64,000 bases of DNA, taken from Candidatus Poribacteria bacterium. Lineage in GTDB: Bacteria > Poribacteria > WGA-4E > PCPOR2b. Numbering within the stretch: position 1 is the first letter of the stretch; every line of letters begins with the position of its first letter. Shown here in pieces: positions 17,725 through 27,896 of the stretch. Where the stretch lies: positions 1,568,001-1,632,000 of the forward strand of contig OZ244587.1 of NCBI GenBank assembly GCA_965218095.1, read 5' to 3'. The position numbers were made by a program, and so were the translations under genes. The notes beneath the pieces are model-generated. The model worked only from the letters and a program-made list of their open reading frames with translations, ran no database searches and was not told where the DNA came from.

Positions 17725-18894
17725 TTGGAATTAATCAAAAATACAAATTTCGATTTTCTCAGCAAAAGGCGGACAGGTTTTCTCTTATCCGCGATTCTCA
17801 TTATTATTGGCGGGGTTTCGCTCATTCTTCGCAATGGACCGAATTTTGGTATTGACTTTCGCGGCGGCGTTAAAATCCACGCTAAATTCAACCGCGCTGT
17901 TACGCAATCGGAGCTCAATTCTAAACTCAGACAACTTGGCTATGAACGCGCAAAAATTCAAGTAAATGCGGAGAAACAGGAAGCATCGATTGACATTGGT
18001 TACAGTAAGAGCCTTGAAAACCAGAAGGTTGTCGTTCCGCTGATTGAAGATCCGGGGGATTCAACGGCGACGAGCATTCCGGTCAGCAGCACGGCAGAAA
18101 GAGTTCATGTATTTCAACCCGGAGATGCGATTCAGTTAATCGAAGGAGAACATCGACTCAGAAATGAGATTCGCGAAATTGTACAACAAGATAACATAAT
18201 CACGTTTGCGCTCGCCAACGAGATTGGCGTTGACTTGACACAAGAAGCTGAAGTACAGATACAGGCAAGTGTCCGTCGAATCCTCTCCGACGCGCTTTTG
18301 CAAGGGGGCGGTGGCTGGCACGCGATGTCAGGAGCAGTGAATGTAGATAATGTCGGAGCGAGCGTTGGCAAAGATCTCAAATGGGATGCGCTGTGGTCAA
18401 TATTCTGGTCAATCGTTATTTTGCTTTTGTATATTTCCTGGCGGTTTGAATTTCGTTTTGCCATTGGCGCCATTGCTGCCTTGATTCACGATGTTCTAAT
18501 TACATTGGGGGTTTTTTCGGTGTTTGCAAAGGAAATTAACTTGCCGACAGTGGCGGCGTTTCTGACAATTATCGGTTATTCCTTAAACGATACGATCGTT
18601 GTGTTTGATCGCATCCGTGAAAACACCAATCTCCTTAAAGGGACAAGTTATGCCGATATTATCAACAGAAGCATCAATCGATCTCTGAGCCGCACTGTGA
18701 TCACTTCCTTGACAACCTTCTTTGTCGTCCTCACAATTTTCGCTCTGACTTTCGGGGAGATTAATACATTCGCATTTGCACTCATTGTTGGCGTCATCGT
18801 CGGAACTTATTCATCAGTTTTCATTGCCAGCCCAATTGTATATATCTGGCATCTAAAAACCCAACATCTACAAACCCAACGAGGTACCGCCTAG
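17725..18894 (+). CDS. secF: Protein translocase subunit SecF
   Basis: NFGIDFRGG, YISWRFE, IHDV, IIGYSLNDTIVVFDRIREN, GTYSSVFIASP. Confidence 0.96.
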   Translation: MELIKNTNFDFLSKRRTGFLLSAILIIIGGVSLILRNGPNFGIDFRGGVKIHAKFNRAVTQSELNSKLRQLGYERAKIQVNAEKQEASIDIGYSKSLENQKVVVPLIEDPGDSTATSIPVSSTAERVHVFQPGDAIQLIEGEHRLRNEIREIVQQDNIITFALANEIGVDLTQEAEVQIQASVRRILSDALLQGGGGWHAMSGAVNVDNVGASVGKDLKWDALWSIFWSIVILLLYISWRFEFRFAIGAIAALIHDVLITLGVFSVFAKEINLPTVAAFLTIIGYSLNDTIVVFDRIRENTNLLKGTSYADIINRSINRSLSRTVITSLTTFFVVLTIFALTFGEINTFAFALIVGVIVGTYSSVFIASPIVYIWHLKTQHLQTQRGTA

Positions 18895-19017
18895 TACTTG
18901 CGGAAACCTAACGCGGATTGCCCCTACAAGATGTTACCTCATCAGTTGCAAATTGGTATAAGGCCACTCTCCGCCTGACGAAACCTCCTTTCCCTGAAAT
19001 TTATCCCGTCAAATCGT

Positions 19018-19800
19018 ATGAATAGCTTCTGGTGGTTTGTTCTGAGTGGATTTATTCTTATTCTTGCGGTTGGCGTTGTGATCATCGCCGCCCGAAGACA
19101 GAGGTTTGTTCATGCCGGAAAATCGAACCATGATAAGAATTTAAATCAGGTTAATGTCCTCGCCCAAGAATTAGTCCATGAGATTCGCAATCCATTAAAT
19201 AGTATTAACCTGAACCTCCAACTCCTGGAAGAAGACCTGACGGAAGGTCAGGGGAACGCGGACGATCTGCAACAGCGCGTTCGCCGTATTCGTGGGGAAG
19301 TTGAGCACTTAGATCGAATATTAACCGATTTCCGGCGCTACGCGCAATTAGCACCTGTAACGGTTGAAACCTGCGACCTCGCCATGCTCATCGAAGAAGT
19401 TTTGGACTTCAATGAGCCAGAAGCGCAAAGACAAAATATCCAGGTTATTCATGAGATTCAAGAACTTCCCTCCATTGAACTTGATCGAGAACAGTTCAAG
19501 CAGGCGCTGCTCAATTTAATTCTCAACGCGAATCAGGCAATGGAGGATGGCGGTCAATTAACAGTTCGTGCAAAACCCCTGAATGGTCAGATACAGATTG
19601 ACGTAGAGGATACAGGCCGGGGCATTCAGCCAGACCGTATTGACAAGATCTTTGATCTGTTCTTTTCCACGAAAGAAGATGGGACTGGGGTCGGACTCAC
19701 GATTGTGAAACAGGTTATCGAAGGGCACGACGGGTATGTAAGCGTAGAAAGCGTCCCTGATCAAGGCACGAAATTCTCTATCTTGCTGCCTGCCAAGTAG
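19018..19800 (+). CDS. Histidine kinase (one TM, HisKA, HATPase)
   Basis: H box LVHEIRNPL, N box NLILNA, DTGRGI, GTGVGL. Confidence 0.93.
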   Translation: MNSFWWFVLSGFILILAVGVVIIAARRQRFVHAGKSNHDKNLNQVNVLAQELVHEIRNPLNSINLNLQLLEEDLTEGQGNADDLQQRVRRIRGEVEHLDRILTDFRRYAQLAPVTVETCDLAMLIEEVLDFNEPEAQRQNIQVIHEIQELPSIELDREQFKQALLNLILNANQAMEDGGQLTVRAKPLNGQIQIDVEDTGRGIQPDRIDKIFDLFFSTKEDGTGVGLTIVKQVIEGHDGYVSVESVPDQGTKFSILLPAK

Positions 19801-19917
19801 GGCGTTCAAGGGTTCAAAAGTTCAGATTGGAGCGAAGTGGAAACCCCCCGATCCGTGATCGGGACAGGCCGATCTGTCGGGGAGTTCATTTACGTTTTAC
19901 GCAAGTCAGGTGATGAG

Positions 19918-21297
19918 ATGAACCCAAAAATTCTTGTTGTGGATGATGACCCAGCAAGTGTCGAGGCGACCGTCGAAGCGCTCAAACGTGAAGGCTATGA
20001 TCTGTTTTCTGCGTCGGGTGGACGTGAAGCCCTGAAGATTTTAAACGCGGAAAATGTCGATGTGGTGATCACAGACATCAAAATGCCAGATCTGAGTGGG
20101 ATTGATCTGCTTAAGTATATCCACCACAACAATCCCTACACGCAGGTTATCATCTTAACTGGCTACGGCACGGTTGATAGCGCAGTCGAAGCCATAAGCA
20201 CCGGAGCGGTCTCTTACCTTGAGAAGCCGATAAAAATTAACATCCTGCGCCATTGGGTCAAAAACGCCCTCGAAAAGCAGTCGCTCTTCCTTCAAAACGT
20301 CAATCTCAGAGAGCAAATCGATGAGAAGTTTGGGTTTGCAAACATTATCGGCACATCAAAACCGATGCAGGAGCTTTTCCGCATGATCCGGCTTGTTGCG
20401 CCGACGAATGCAACGGTCTTGATTACCGGAGAGAGTGGGGTTGGCAAGGAATTGATTGCGAAGGCCATTCACAATCACAGTCCTCGGAGACACAAACCGT
20501 ACAAAGCTATCAATTGTGGCGCACTTTATCGAGAACTTCTCGAAAGTGAGTTGTTCGGCCATGAACGTGGTGCTTTCACGGGCGCGACTGCCCGTAAACT
20601 GGGCGTGTTTGAACAGGCAGATGGAGGCACGCTGTTTCTCGACGAGATTGGAGAAATGGGTCCGGAAACGCAGGTGAAATTCCTACGTGTTTTAGAAGAG
20701 CGTGAATTCACGCGACTCGGGGGCGATCAGACCAATCGAGTTGATGTCCGGGTCATCGCTGCATCGAATAAAGACCTCGAAGAAGCGGTACAAAACAAAG
20801 AGTTCCGAGCTGATCTTTACTACCGAATCAACCGATTTCGGCTACGGGTTCCGCCGCTAAGAGAGAGGCGAGAGGATATCCCCCTCCTTATCAGTGCGTT
20901 CATCAAAGAGTTCAGCAAAGAACATGATCGACCTGTCACGGAGATCACCCCCGAAGCGATGAATTATCTGAAAAACGCTGATTGGCCCGGCAACGTCCGT
21001 GAGCTACGCAATGTCATCGAAACCGCGGTCATTTTAGCGACAACGCTAACCATTAAGCTCAGCGATCTCTCATCTGAGTTTCAAAATGAAGTTTCCACAT
21101 CGTTGCTCATCTCCGATGAGACCGTGGGAAAAGTTGGAATGACAATGGAAGAAATCGAGAAAGAGGCTATCGGCAAAACGCTGGAGGAGACGAACGGCAA
21201 TAAGAAGCGAGCGGCGGAGATGTTGGGAATCGGTCTGCGGACGCTTTACCGTAAACTCGAATCTTATGGCTGGCTGAATAAAAGAGATCAAGAGTGA
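19918..21297 (+). CDS. Sigma54-dependent response regulator (NtrC/AtoC family)
   Basis: Receiver [34 protein letters not shown], Fis-type [15 protein letters not shown]. Confidence 0.96.
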   Translation: MNPKILVVDDDPASVEATVEALKREGYDLFSASGGREALKILNAENVDVVITDIKMPDLSGIDLLKYIHHNNPYTQVIILTGYGTVDSAVEAISTGAVSYLEKPIKINILRHWVKNALEKQSLFLQNVNLREQIDEKFGFANIIGTSKPMQELFRMIRLVAPTNATVLITGESGVGKELIAKAIHNHSPRRHKPYKAINCGALYRELLESELFGHERGAFTGATARKLGVFEQADGGTLFLDEIGEMGPETQVKFLRVLEEREFTRLGGDQTNRVDVRVIAASNKDLEEAVQNKEFRADLYYRINRFRLRVPPLRERREDIPLLISAFIKEFSKEHDRPVTEITPEAMNYLKNADWPGNVRELRNVIETAVILATTLTIKLSDLSSEFQNEVSTSLLISDETVGKVGMTMEEIEKEAIGKTLEETNGNKKRAAEMLGIGLRTLYRKLESYGWLNKRDQE

Positions 21298-21673
21298 AGG
21301 TGATACGTGATTGTAGAAATTTGCAAATGAGCAAATGAAGCAAGACTTTTCCCGAGAAAAAAAGGTCCCACCAGAATGGATTTCAAAAGGATATTTTCCA
21401 GGGATTTGGCTGGCGATGTTTTATCCTCATAATACATACAGCCTTCATATCGGCCCGCTTTGTCTGATTCGATTTTATTTTAAGGACGGTTATCGGATTT
21501 ATGATGGACAAAATCCACATCACCAGGATTTATGGGCGCATTGGGAAAGGTGATACGGTTCTTCAGGCGGGCGATGTGGTCGAGGTTCTTGGCGCAGCGG
21601 ATGAATTGAGCGAGGCGGAGTTGTGTCTGTCGCGCTGAAAATTCTGTAAAGTGATGAAGAAAGGAGATCTAAT

Positions 21674-22603
21674 ATGTCGAAACAACACGATAGTGGGCTC
21701 ACCCAAGAGCAGGTCAACTTCTTTAAGGAGAACGGGTACCTCCATGTCAAGAATGTGATGGACTCTTGGGAACTTGAGCGCTTGGATGTGGAGACGATGC
21801 AGATAATCAAGTCCTGTAGGAAAGCTATTGTGCCAAATGAGGAGTACATGTATAGTATGGATCCGGTGACAGGCGCCATGGTCTTGCGGCGTATTAATAG
21901 TATGTTCACAAAGGGCAATGTCTTTTTCGCCTTATACGGCCACCCCCGTCTCCTGAGGATTGTCGAATCTATCCACGGTCCCAACATCGTTACCTGGCAG
22001 GACACGATGGTCGTCAAATTGCCCGAGTATGGCGTACCCGTTCCATGGCATCGCGACCCAGGAAATGCCCGTGTCCAGCCTCCTTTCGATATCGATGTCT
22101 ACCTCGATGCTGCTACACCGGAAAACGGGTGTCTCTACGTCGTGCCGGGAAGCCACCTGTGGCAGGGCTTTGACTTACAGGATATGCTCGATAATCATGG
22201 GTTTAATTTACCCGGAGCCATCCCAGTCGTCACTGAACCGGGGGATGTCCTGTTACATAGTCCTAACCTGCTCCACGGCTCACGAGTGACTCGGGGCAAG
22301 AAGGTCCGGCGGGTAATTTACTTTGCCTTCTTCACCATTGAAGAGATGCTCAGTCGAGGTGGGAAGTGGGATGCGGACTACGTGCGCTCATGGATCAGCG
22401 TCATGCTTGAGGCAATTGAGAGCCGCGCCAAGCTACCCGAAACCGCCGATGAGGTGCCCTTTGAGTACAACCCGACCCTGGAGGAATTCAAGCTAGATCC
22501 ACAGAATCTTGGTTATGTGGAGAGGCAGATCAGACGTATTCCAGATACCTTTGAGCCAGTCTACAAATATTCTCCCCTGAACCCCGTTAAGGCCAAAATC
22601 TAA
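21674..22603 (+). CDS. Phytanoyl-CoA dioxygenase (PhyH) family protein
   Basis: F.ENGY, WHRD, ENGCL.VVPGSH, GDVLLH...LHGS. Confidence 0.9.
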   Translation: MSKQHDSGLTQEQVNFFKENGYLHVKNVMDSWELERLDVETMQIIKSCRKAIVPNEEYMYSMDPVTGAMVLRRINSMFTKGNVFFALYGHPRLLRIVESIHGPNIVTWQDTMVVKLPEYGVPVPWHRDPGNARVQPPFDIDVYLDAATPENGCLYVVPGSHLWQGFDLQDMLDNHGFNLPGAIPVVTEPGDVLLHSPNLLHGSRVTRGKKVRRVIYFAFFTIEEMLSRGGKWDADYVRSWISVMLEAIESRAKLPETADEVPFEYNPTLEEFKLDPQNLGYVERQIRRIPDTFEPVYKYSPLNPVKAKI

Positions 22604-22626
22604 TTTAGCAGAGGAGGAAATAACTC

Positions 22627-23667
22627 ATGTCCACTTCAAAGTTTATTCCGTTTAAAGAGGCAAACCCTTACATAAACGATGCGCAGACCTTAGCCGCAAG
22701 GTTTTCCGATGACGGCTATCTCTTCTTCAGAAATTTGCTTGATAGGCAAAGGGTTGAGACCGTAAGGGACAGTATCATTGATGTCCTCAAGGAACATGGT
22801 TTTGTCGATCAAAACGCGATCTCAGACCCAATCTGGTCAGGCAAATGGCCCGAGACAAATGAGTTGTCACCTGACGGCGTCGTCACAAAAGACATCGTCA
22901 AGCTGGAGGTTCTGGGCGAACTGGCTGTGGCGCAAGAACTCATAGAAGTTCTGGGACGGGTGCTGGGAGGAGAGGTTTTCTGTTGGGAAGACAACAAAGG
23001 TAGACTCAGAATGATGCTCAGTGGTAAAAAGAGCATGCAAGTCGCAGATGGTCCCAAATTTTCTTTTACGACCCCACCCCATCAAGATTACTATTTTTTT
23101 CGACCGGTGCAATTCTGTACCGTCTGGATACCCCTGATGGAGATCGATGCGTCCCTCGGTGGGTTGGCGATCGGGGCTGATTCCCATAAAGAGGGTTTAC
23201 ATGAGGTTTGGTGGAAGGGCAAAGAGTATCTTGGCGTGGCTGAAAGTCTTGAACAAGCCGGGGCATGGCGAGAGGAAGAGGCTGTCGTCGTTGCCGGTAC
23301 GACAAAGCCTCTTACCGGGGATAGAGTCTGGCTGAGATCGGATTATCGGCTTGGAGATGTCCTCATCTTTCATCCGCTGATGATGCACACAGGCGTGGCA
23401 AACAATTCCGACAAAGTGAGACTTTCGACCGATTTCAGGTACCAGCGGAAAGGGACCCAAACGAATTGGGAATCCCACACACCCATGGTCGAATCGTCGA
23501 GATACTTCGGCGAAATCTTGAAAACTCTGGATGAACTCGGCGTGAAAACGGGGGTATACGAAAAAGTGTGGGAAACTATGCGTCTAGAAGGTCCGAGTCC
23601 CAAAGCGGATTGCGATATATCTAAGCGCGTGAAAGAACTGGTCGAGCAGGTGGCCGGCTCAGGTTAA
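22627..23667 (+). CDS. PhyH family dioxygenase
   Basis: DGYLFFR, TPPHQD, TVWIPL, GDVLIFH..MHTG..N, RLS.DFRYQ. Confidence 0.88.
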   Translation: MSTSKFIPFKEANPYINDAQTLAARFSDDGYLFFRNLLDRQRVETVRDSIIDVLKEHGFVDQNAISDPIWSGKWPETNELSPDGVVTKDIVKLEVLGELAVAQELIEVLGRVLGGEVFCWEDNKGRLRMMLSGKKSMQVADGPKFSFTTPPHQDYYFFRPVQFCTVWIPLMEIDASLGGLAIGADSHKEGLHEVWWKGKEYLGVAESLEQAGAWREEEAVVVAGTTKPLTGDRVWLRSDYRLGDVLIFHPLMMHTGVANNSDKVRLSTDFRYQRKGTQTNWESHTPMVESSRYFGEILKTLDELGVKTGVYEKVWETMRLEGPSPKADCDISKRVKELVEQVAGSG

Positions 23668-23823
23668 CGAGTTTAACAATAGGGGGTGTGTACTATCACT
23701 AAATCTTTGAGAAGCCACATCTGTTAAAAGTTTCAACCGGCTTTGATTCAGGGTATAGTTCCCTTGAATGGACAGTACCAAAAGCACAAGCAGACATACT
23801 GAAAAGTACCGATGCAACAACAT
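23659..23823 (-). pseudogene. Remnant of an exported protein gene (signal peptide only)
   Basis: RBS AAAGGAG; MLLHRYFSVCLLVLLVLSIQG then ends at the convergent PhyH stop. Confidence 0.35.
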
Positions 23824-23937
23824 ATTTGTCTCCTTTCTTTTCCTAAACGTCCGCGTGCAATACCGCGTCACTTGTTTTCAACAGTTACCATTATACTGAA
23901 TGTTTACATCATAATCAGTAAAACTTTAAGGAAGATG

Positions 23938-23966
23938 TTGACATAAATATAGGATTGTGATATAAA
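23938..23966 (+). promoter_or_regulatory. Near-consensus sigma70 promoter
   Basis: TTGACA-17-TATAAA. Confidence 0.7.
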
Positions 23967-24138
23967 TGATGCTCAAGTGATGGGCAAGTAGCCTTGAATA
24001 AGTCTGACCACAAAACTTATTAGCCTTGCCTTTGTTATACCATTTTGCGTTTCAATGAGTAACATTAGTAACACATGTCTCCCGATTTGTGATCTGTGAA
24101 ATAAATTCTGATGGATGTTGTACAGCGATCAGTCCGAT

Positions 24139-24155
24139 CGCTAAACGATTTAGCG
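24139..24155. promoter_or_regulatory. LacI-family operator-like palindrome
   Basis: cgctaaacgatttagcg (AAACGnTTT core), with a second partial site gaatcgttta next to it. Confidence 0.5.
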
Positions 24156-24209
24156 AATCGTTTACGTTCAAAATTTATTTCACAAGGCGCCAGGATTTTA
24201 AGGGGCATA

Positions 24210-24792
24210 ATGAAAATAAAAAAGACTGATATCAGATGTTGCTTCTTGTCCTCGTGTTTCCTTGTCCTCTTGTCCTCTTGTCCTCTGCTTATGCCTCCTC
24301 CCCTATCCCAATTGGTCGCGCCAAAGTGGATCCGCGTTTGCGCTGGAAACTGAGCGTTTTTTCATCCACTTCCATCAAGGTGGAGCGTACCTCGCCCGCC
24401 AGACGGCCTTTCTCACCGAAAAAATCCATCTGCGACTGACCCATGAGATGAGTTGGCAGCCTCATGGGAAAACCCAAATCGTGATTAATGATAGCATTGA
24501 CGTTGTGAACGGGGTTGCAACCCCCTTACTCTACAACCAAATCTCAAATCTTCAACTATCCCACACAGCCCCTTTTAGGGCTTGGGCATTTTGAGGATTG
24601 GCTGGAGTAGCTGCTCATCCACGAGTACACGCACACCCTGGACATCGGGCGAGTCGATGGCTTCGCAAAAGGGATGCAGTCAGTTTTTGGAAAGATCTGG
24701 TTTCCGAAAGGATTCGTCTCTTCACTGTTCACGGAAGGATACGCAACCTACAATGAGACGCACTACACCGGTGATGGGCGAGGACCTGCCTA
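24210..24792 (+). pseudogene. Decayed peptidase-MA N-terminus (related to the N-terminal domain of the Omp85 protein at 7562-10519)
   Basis: ETERFFIHFH, NGVATP, LLIHEYTH, FTEGYATYNET in different frames with stops. Confidence 0.7.
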
Positions 24793-24954
24793 GTTTGGCT
24801 CAAACCTTGCCATATCATCTGAAGGTAAGTGGAAACGCTTTGGGGAAGGATGAAGTCCCCATGAAAATCATTGGAATAGTGTCCAAACTTTATTAAAACC
24901 TGCTTGAATCGCTATTCCTTAACTCTAAATCGCCTAAAAGAAGGGATACTCATT

Positions 24955-26409
24955 ATGAGACAACATCGAACGATCTACTTTAATGACGCACGCCACTACT
25001 ACCTGTTTGTCTTCGAGCCGCCGATGCGGTTGGAAGATGCCTGGCGCCCTGTCGACGAGGTAGCTGGCACAGCTGTCGATACCTTCATCTACGGGGTATC
25101 GCGCACGGATGGGCTATTCTATCCCTCCAAAATTGGTCTTCGCTTTGGGGAAGACATGCGTCCCTTTGACTTCTCAGCCTACTGGCGCGTCTGGGAGAAT
25201 ATGCAGAGTTTGATCGACCGTGGGCTCGATCCGTTGACTGTTCTGATTGACCGGGCCCACCAGAAAGGTATGGACTTTTTTGCCAGCCTGCGCATGGGCG
25301 GCTACGGCGGCATGGCCCCGCAGCACGCAATCGCTGCCGGCGGGCGGGGATTCGTGCACCCCGAAGTCCGCGACCACCAGTTTGCTGTGCTGGAGGAGCT
25401 TGCCACGCGGTACCCGGTCGAGGGTGTCGAAATGGACTTCGCCGCGGCTCCAGGTGGAAGTCCATTCTGGCTGAAACCTGAAGACGCACCGGAATATACG
25501 CCGGTGATGACCGATTTTGTCCGGAAAGTCGCTGATGTGGTGCGGAACCGACCGGGCGAGCCTGGCCAGATAGGAGCGCGTGTCTATCCGACTGAGGAAC
25601 TGAATCGGAAGACGGGATTGGATGTACACACTTGGCTTGAAGAGGGGCTGATTGATTTTGTGGTGCCTATGGTCTATGTGTTTTTTGTCCTCGACGCCAA
25701 CATGCCCATTGACTGGCTGGTGCAGGCTGCCCACGAAAACAACATCTCGGTATACGCCATGATGCAGCCTTATTATAGTGAAGAGAGCCGTCAGTTCCAT
25801 TCGGTGGAGAATGCCTCTCCGGCTATGATGCGGGCGGCAGCCACCAATTTCTGGGAACTTGGCGTCGATGGGCTTTACACGTGGTTTCTGTCCTGGCCTT
25901 TGGGCAATAGGGAACGCCGTATCCTCACGGAGTTGGGCGATCCTGAGCTGGCGAAGGAAGGGGATAAGCACTACTTTTTGCGCCGGCGTTCCGACGCGAC
26001 TAGCGGGCACGATTACGAAGCGTTCCTGCCGGTCGAAATCCCCTCGGCGGATGCGAGCAAACGCTATCAGATTCCCTTTTCCATCGCCGATGATACTGAG
26101 AATGACCGTGTGCAGGCTATCCAACTCCGGCTTATCGTGAGCAACCTGGTGACGGCGGACACATTTGAGATCCTGTTGAACGGGAAGTCGCTGGCTGGAG
26201 AAAACTGCAAGCGCAGCACTATCAGAACAATCGATCCGTATGCCGGTCAGTGGCTGGAATTGCACTTGGAACAAGTGCGTCCACAGAAGGGGCGAAACGT
26301 GCTGGAGGTCGCACTGAAAGCACGACCCGCCGGTTTTGCAGGTGGGGTGACGGTCGAAGATGTGGAAATTATCATCGAGTATAGCGCATATCCGGGCGGT
26401 CTTGCATAA
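24955..26409 (+). CDS. GHL10-like (family 10 glycosyl hydrolase-like) TIM-barrel protein
   Basis: YFNDARH, DPL.VLIDRAH.KGM.FFASLRM, YPVEGVEMDF, W..EGLIDFVVP, GVDGLY. Confidence 0.75.
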   Translation: MRQHRTIYFNDARHYYLFVFEPPMRLEDAWRPVDEVAGTAVDTFIYGVSRTDGLFYPSKIGLRFGEDMRPFDFSAYWRVWENMQSLIDRGLDPLTVLIDRAHQKGMDFFASLRMGGYGGMAPQHAIAAGGRGFVHPEVRDHQFAVLEELATRYPVEGVEMDFAAAPGGSPFWLKPEDAPEYTPVMTDFVRKVADVVRNRPGEPGQIGARVYPTEELNRKTGLDVHTWLEEGLIDFVVPMVYVFFVLDANMPIDWLVQAAHENNISVYAMMQPYYSEESRQFHSVENASPAMMRAAATNFWELGVDGLYTWFLSWPLGNRERRILTELGDPELAKEGDKHYFLRRRSDATSGHDYEAFLPVEIPSADASKRYQIPFSIADDTENDRVQAIQLRLIVSNLVTADTFEILLNGKSLAGENCKRSTIRTIDPYAGQWLELHLEQVRPQKGRNVLEVALKARPAGFAGGVTVEDVEIIIEYSAYPGGLA

Positions 26410-26462
26410 AACTCTCCGAAGGACAGATTGAGCAATTTAACAGAAGCGTCGGTGAAATCCCG

Positions 26463-26590
26463 CAGGACTTACGCAGTTGATTCTACGGACTCAAGCTATA
26501 TCTGCATCCTGTATCTTGCATCTTGTTCTGGATTCAGGATTCAAAATGCAGGCACAACACGGTTTGTTCAATTTGAAGTGCGTAACTCCT
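26463..26590. mobile_element. MITE with AGGACTTACGCA-type inverted repeats
   Basis: caggacttacgca ... tgcgtaactcct. Confidence 0.7.
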
Positions 26591-26658
26591 ATCCTGATTA
26601 AAGATAGGGTTAGAGATCTGTGAGAGGAGATTTCAGAAAGGAAATTTCTGTTGACCTG

Positions 26659-26709
26659 AAGTTGACGAATTGGTAAGATAAGTTGACGAATTGGTAAGAT
26701 AGCTGACGA
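26659..26709. repeat. 21-bp tandem repeat (two exact copies plus a partial)
   Basis: aagttgacgaattggtaagat x2 then agctgacga. Confidence 0.85.
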
Positions 26710-26815
26710 GCTTTGAATTTCCCGTAAACAGGAACGGGATTCCACTACGCTCAACTTGCCCTCATGAACTTACGTTTCTCGCACCGCGTTTCACACAATC
26801 CTAGGGGGCGTTAAA

Positions 26816-27877
26816 GTGAACTTTGATCCAACAGATCAAGATATTGTTGTCAGTGCTGATGAATTGAGAGAATTCGCCAGCCAATTGTATCAGAAAGGCG
26901 GCGTTCCCAAAACCGATGCCGATGCGGTTGCTCAGTTGCAAGTCGAAACAGATCTGCGAGGCATTCATTCACACGGCACTCGCCACCTGCCAGGCTACAT
27001 CCGAGGCATTCTGGCTGGAAACACTAATCCAACCCCAAACCTCACGATTACCCGCGAAGGTCCAGCGTTTGCGCGGGTTGACGGCGATCGAGCGTTGGGG
27101 CATGTCGCCGGCAAGTTCTCAATGGAATTAGCGATTGAAAAGGCGAAGGTCGCTGGCATTGGTGCGGCGGGAGCATACACCACCAATCACTTTGGCGCCG
27201 CCAGCGCCACTGCCATGCTCGCCCTCGAACACGGAATGATTGGGTTCAGCACATCAACGAGTGGTCGAGGAGTTGCACCGTATGGTGGGAAAACAGGGGT
27301 CGTTGGGAATAACCCATTCGCTTATGCCATCCCTGCGAAAACCGAACCTCCCATTGTTCTTGATATGGCGTGCGGCGTTTCGGCATGGGGACGTGTTGAC
27401 ACAATGCGGTTATATGGACAAAAGCTAGGCCCCGGTTGGGTGTTGGATGAAAATGGCAAAGAAACGGATGACCCCAATAAAGCGCATGTCCTGTTGCCAA
27501 TAGGTGGCGCAAAGGGGTACGCCCTCGCATTATCGGTGGACGCATTGGCAGGTCCGTTGACGGGTATGCTCGCAACCGTCAATAAGAAAGGTGGCCTTCC
27601 CTCTGACAAACAGGGCTCGGGGCTTTTCTTCTATGCGATCAACATCGACAGCTTCGTCCCGCTCGATGAATTCACTGAGGAGATTGATCGGGAAATCCAC
27701 GAGCTTCGTTCAAGTCCGCCCGCCGAGGGGTTTGATCAGGTTTATTTCCCTGGTGAGTTGGAAGCGCTGAAGTACGAACAGTGGAGCCAAAACGGACTCC
27801 CGCTCCACCGCGATCACTTAAAGGGATTGGCGGATTTAGCAGCTAAACTGGGCATTCCCGTGTTTTGGGGAGCATAA
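26816..27877 (+). CDS. Ldh_2 family (malate/L-lactate/ureidoglycolate-type) oxidoreductase
   Basis: DLRGIHSHG, NHFGA, GNNPFAYAIP, VLDMA, GGAKGYAL, VYFPGE. Confidence 0.92.
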   Translation: MNFDPTDQDIVVSADELREFASQLYQKGGVPKTDADAVAQLQVETDLRGIHSHGTRHLPGYIRGILAGNTNPTPNLTITREGPAFARVDGDRALGHVAGKFSMELAIEKAKVAGIGAAGAYTTNHFGAASATAMLALEHGMIGFSTSTSGRGVAPYGGKTGVVGNNPFAYAIPAKTEPPIVLDMACGVSAWGRVDTMRLYGQKLGPGWVLDENGKETDDPNKAHVLLPIGGAKGYALALSVDALAGPLTGMLATVNKKGGLPSDKQGSGLFFYAINIDSFVPLDEFTEEIDREIHELRSSPPAEGFDQVYFPGELEALKYEQWSQNGLPLHRDHLKGLADLAAKLGIPVFWGA

Positions 27878-27896
27878 GTTGAAAGGAGAAAAAATC

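Noticed and set aside
21335-21553. 72-aa ORF after the response regulator
   Set aside because: No recognisable motif or clear RBS; cannot be supported.
25174-26274. 366-aa minus-strand ORF (likewise 37189-38031, 42327-43529, 50031-50729)
   Set aside because: Antisense to well-supported high-GC genes; expected codon-bias shadows.
26659-26709. Short direct repeats as a possible CRISPR array
   Set aside because: Head-to-tail with no spacers; no cas genes or array seen in the window.
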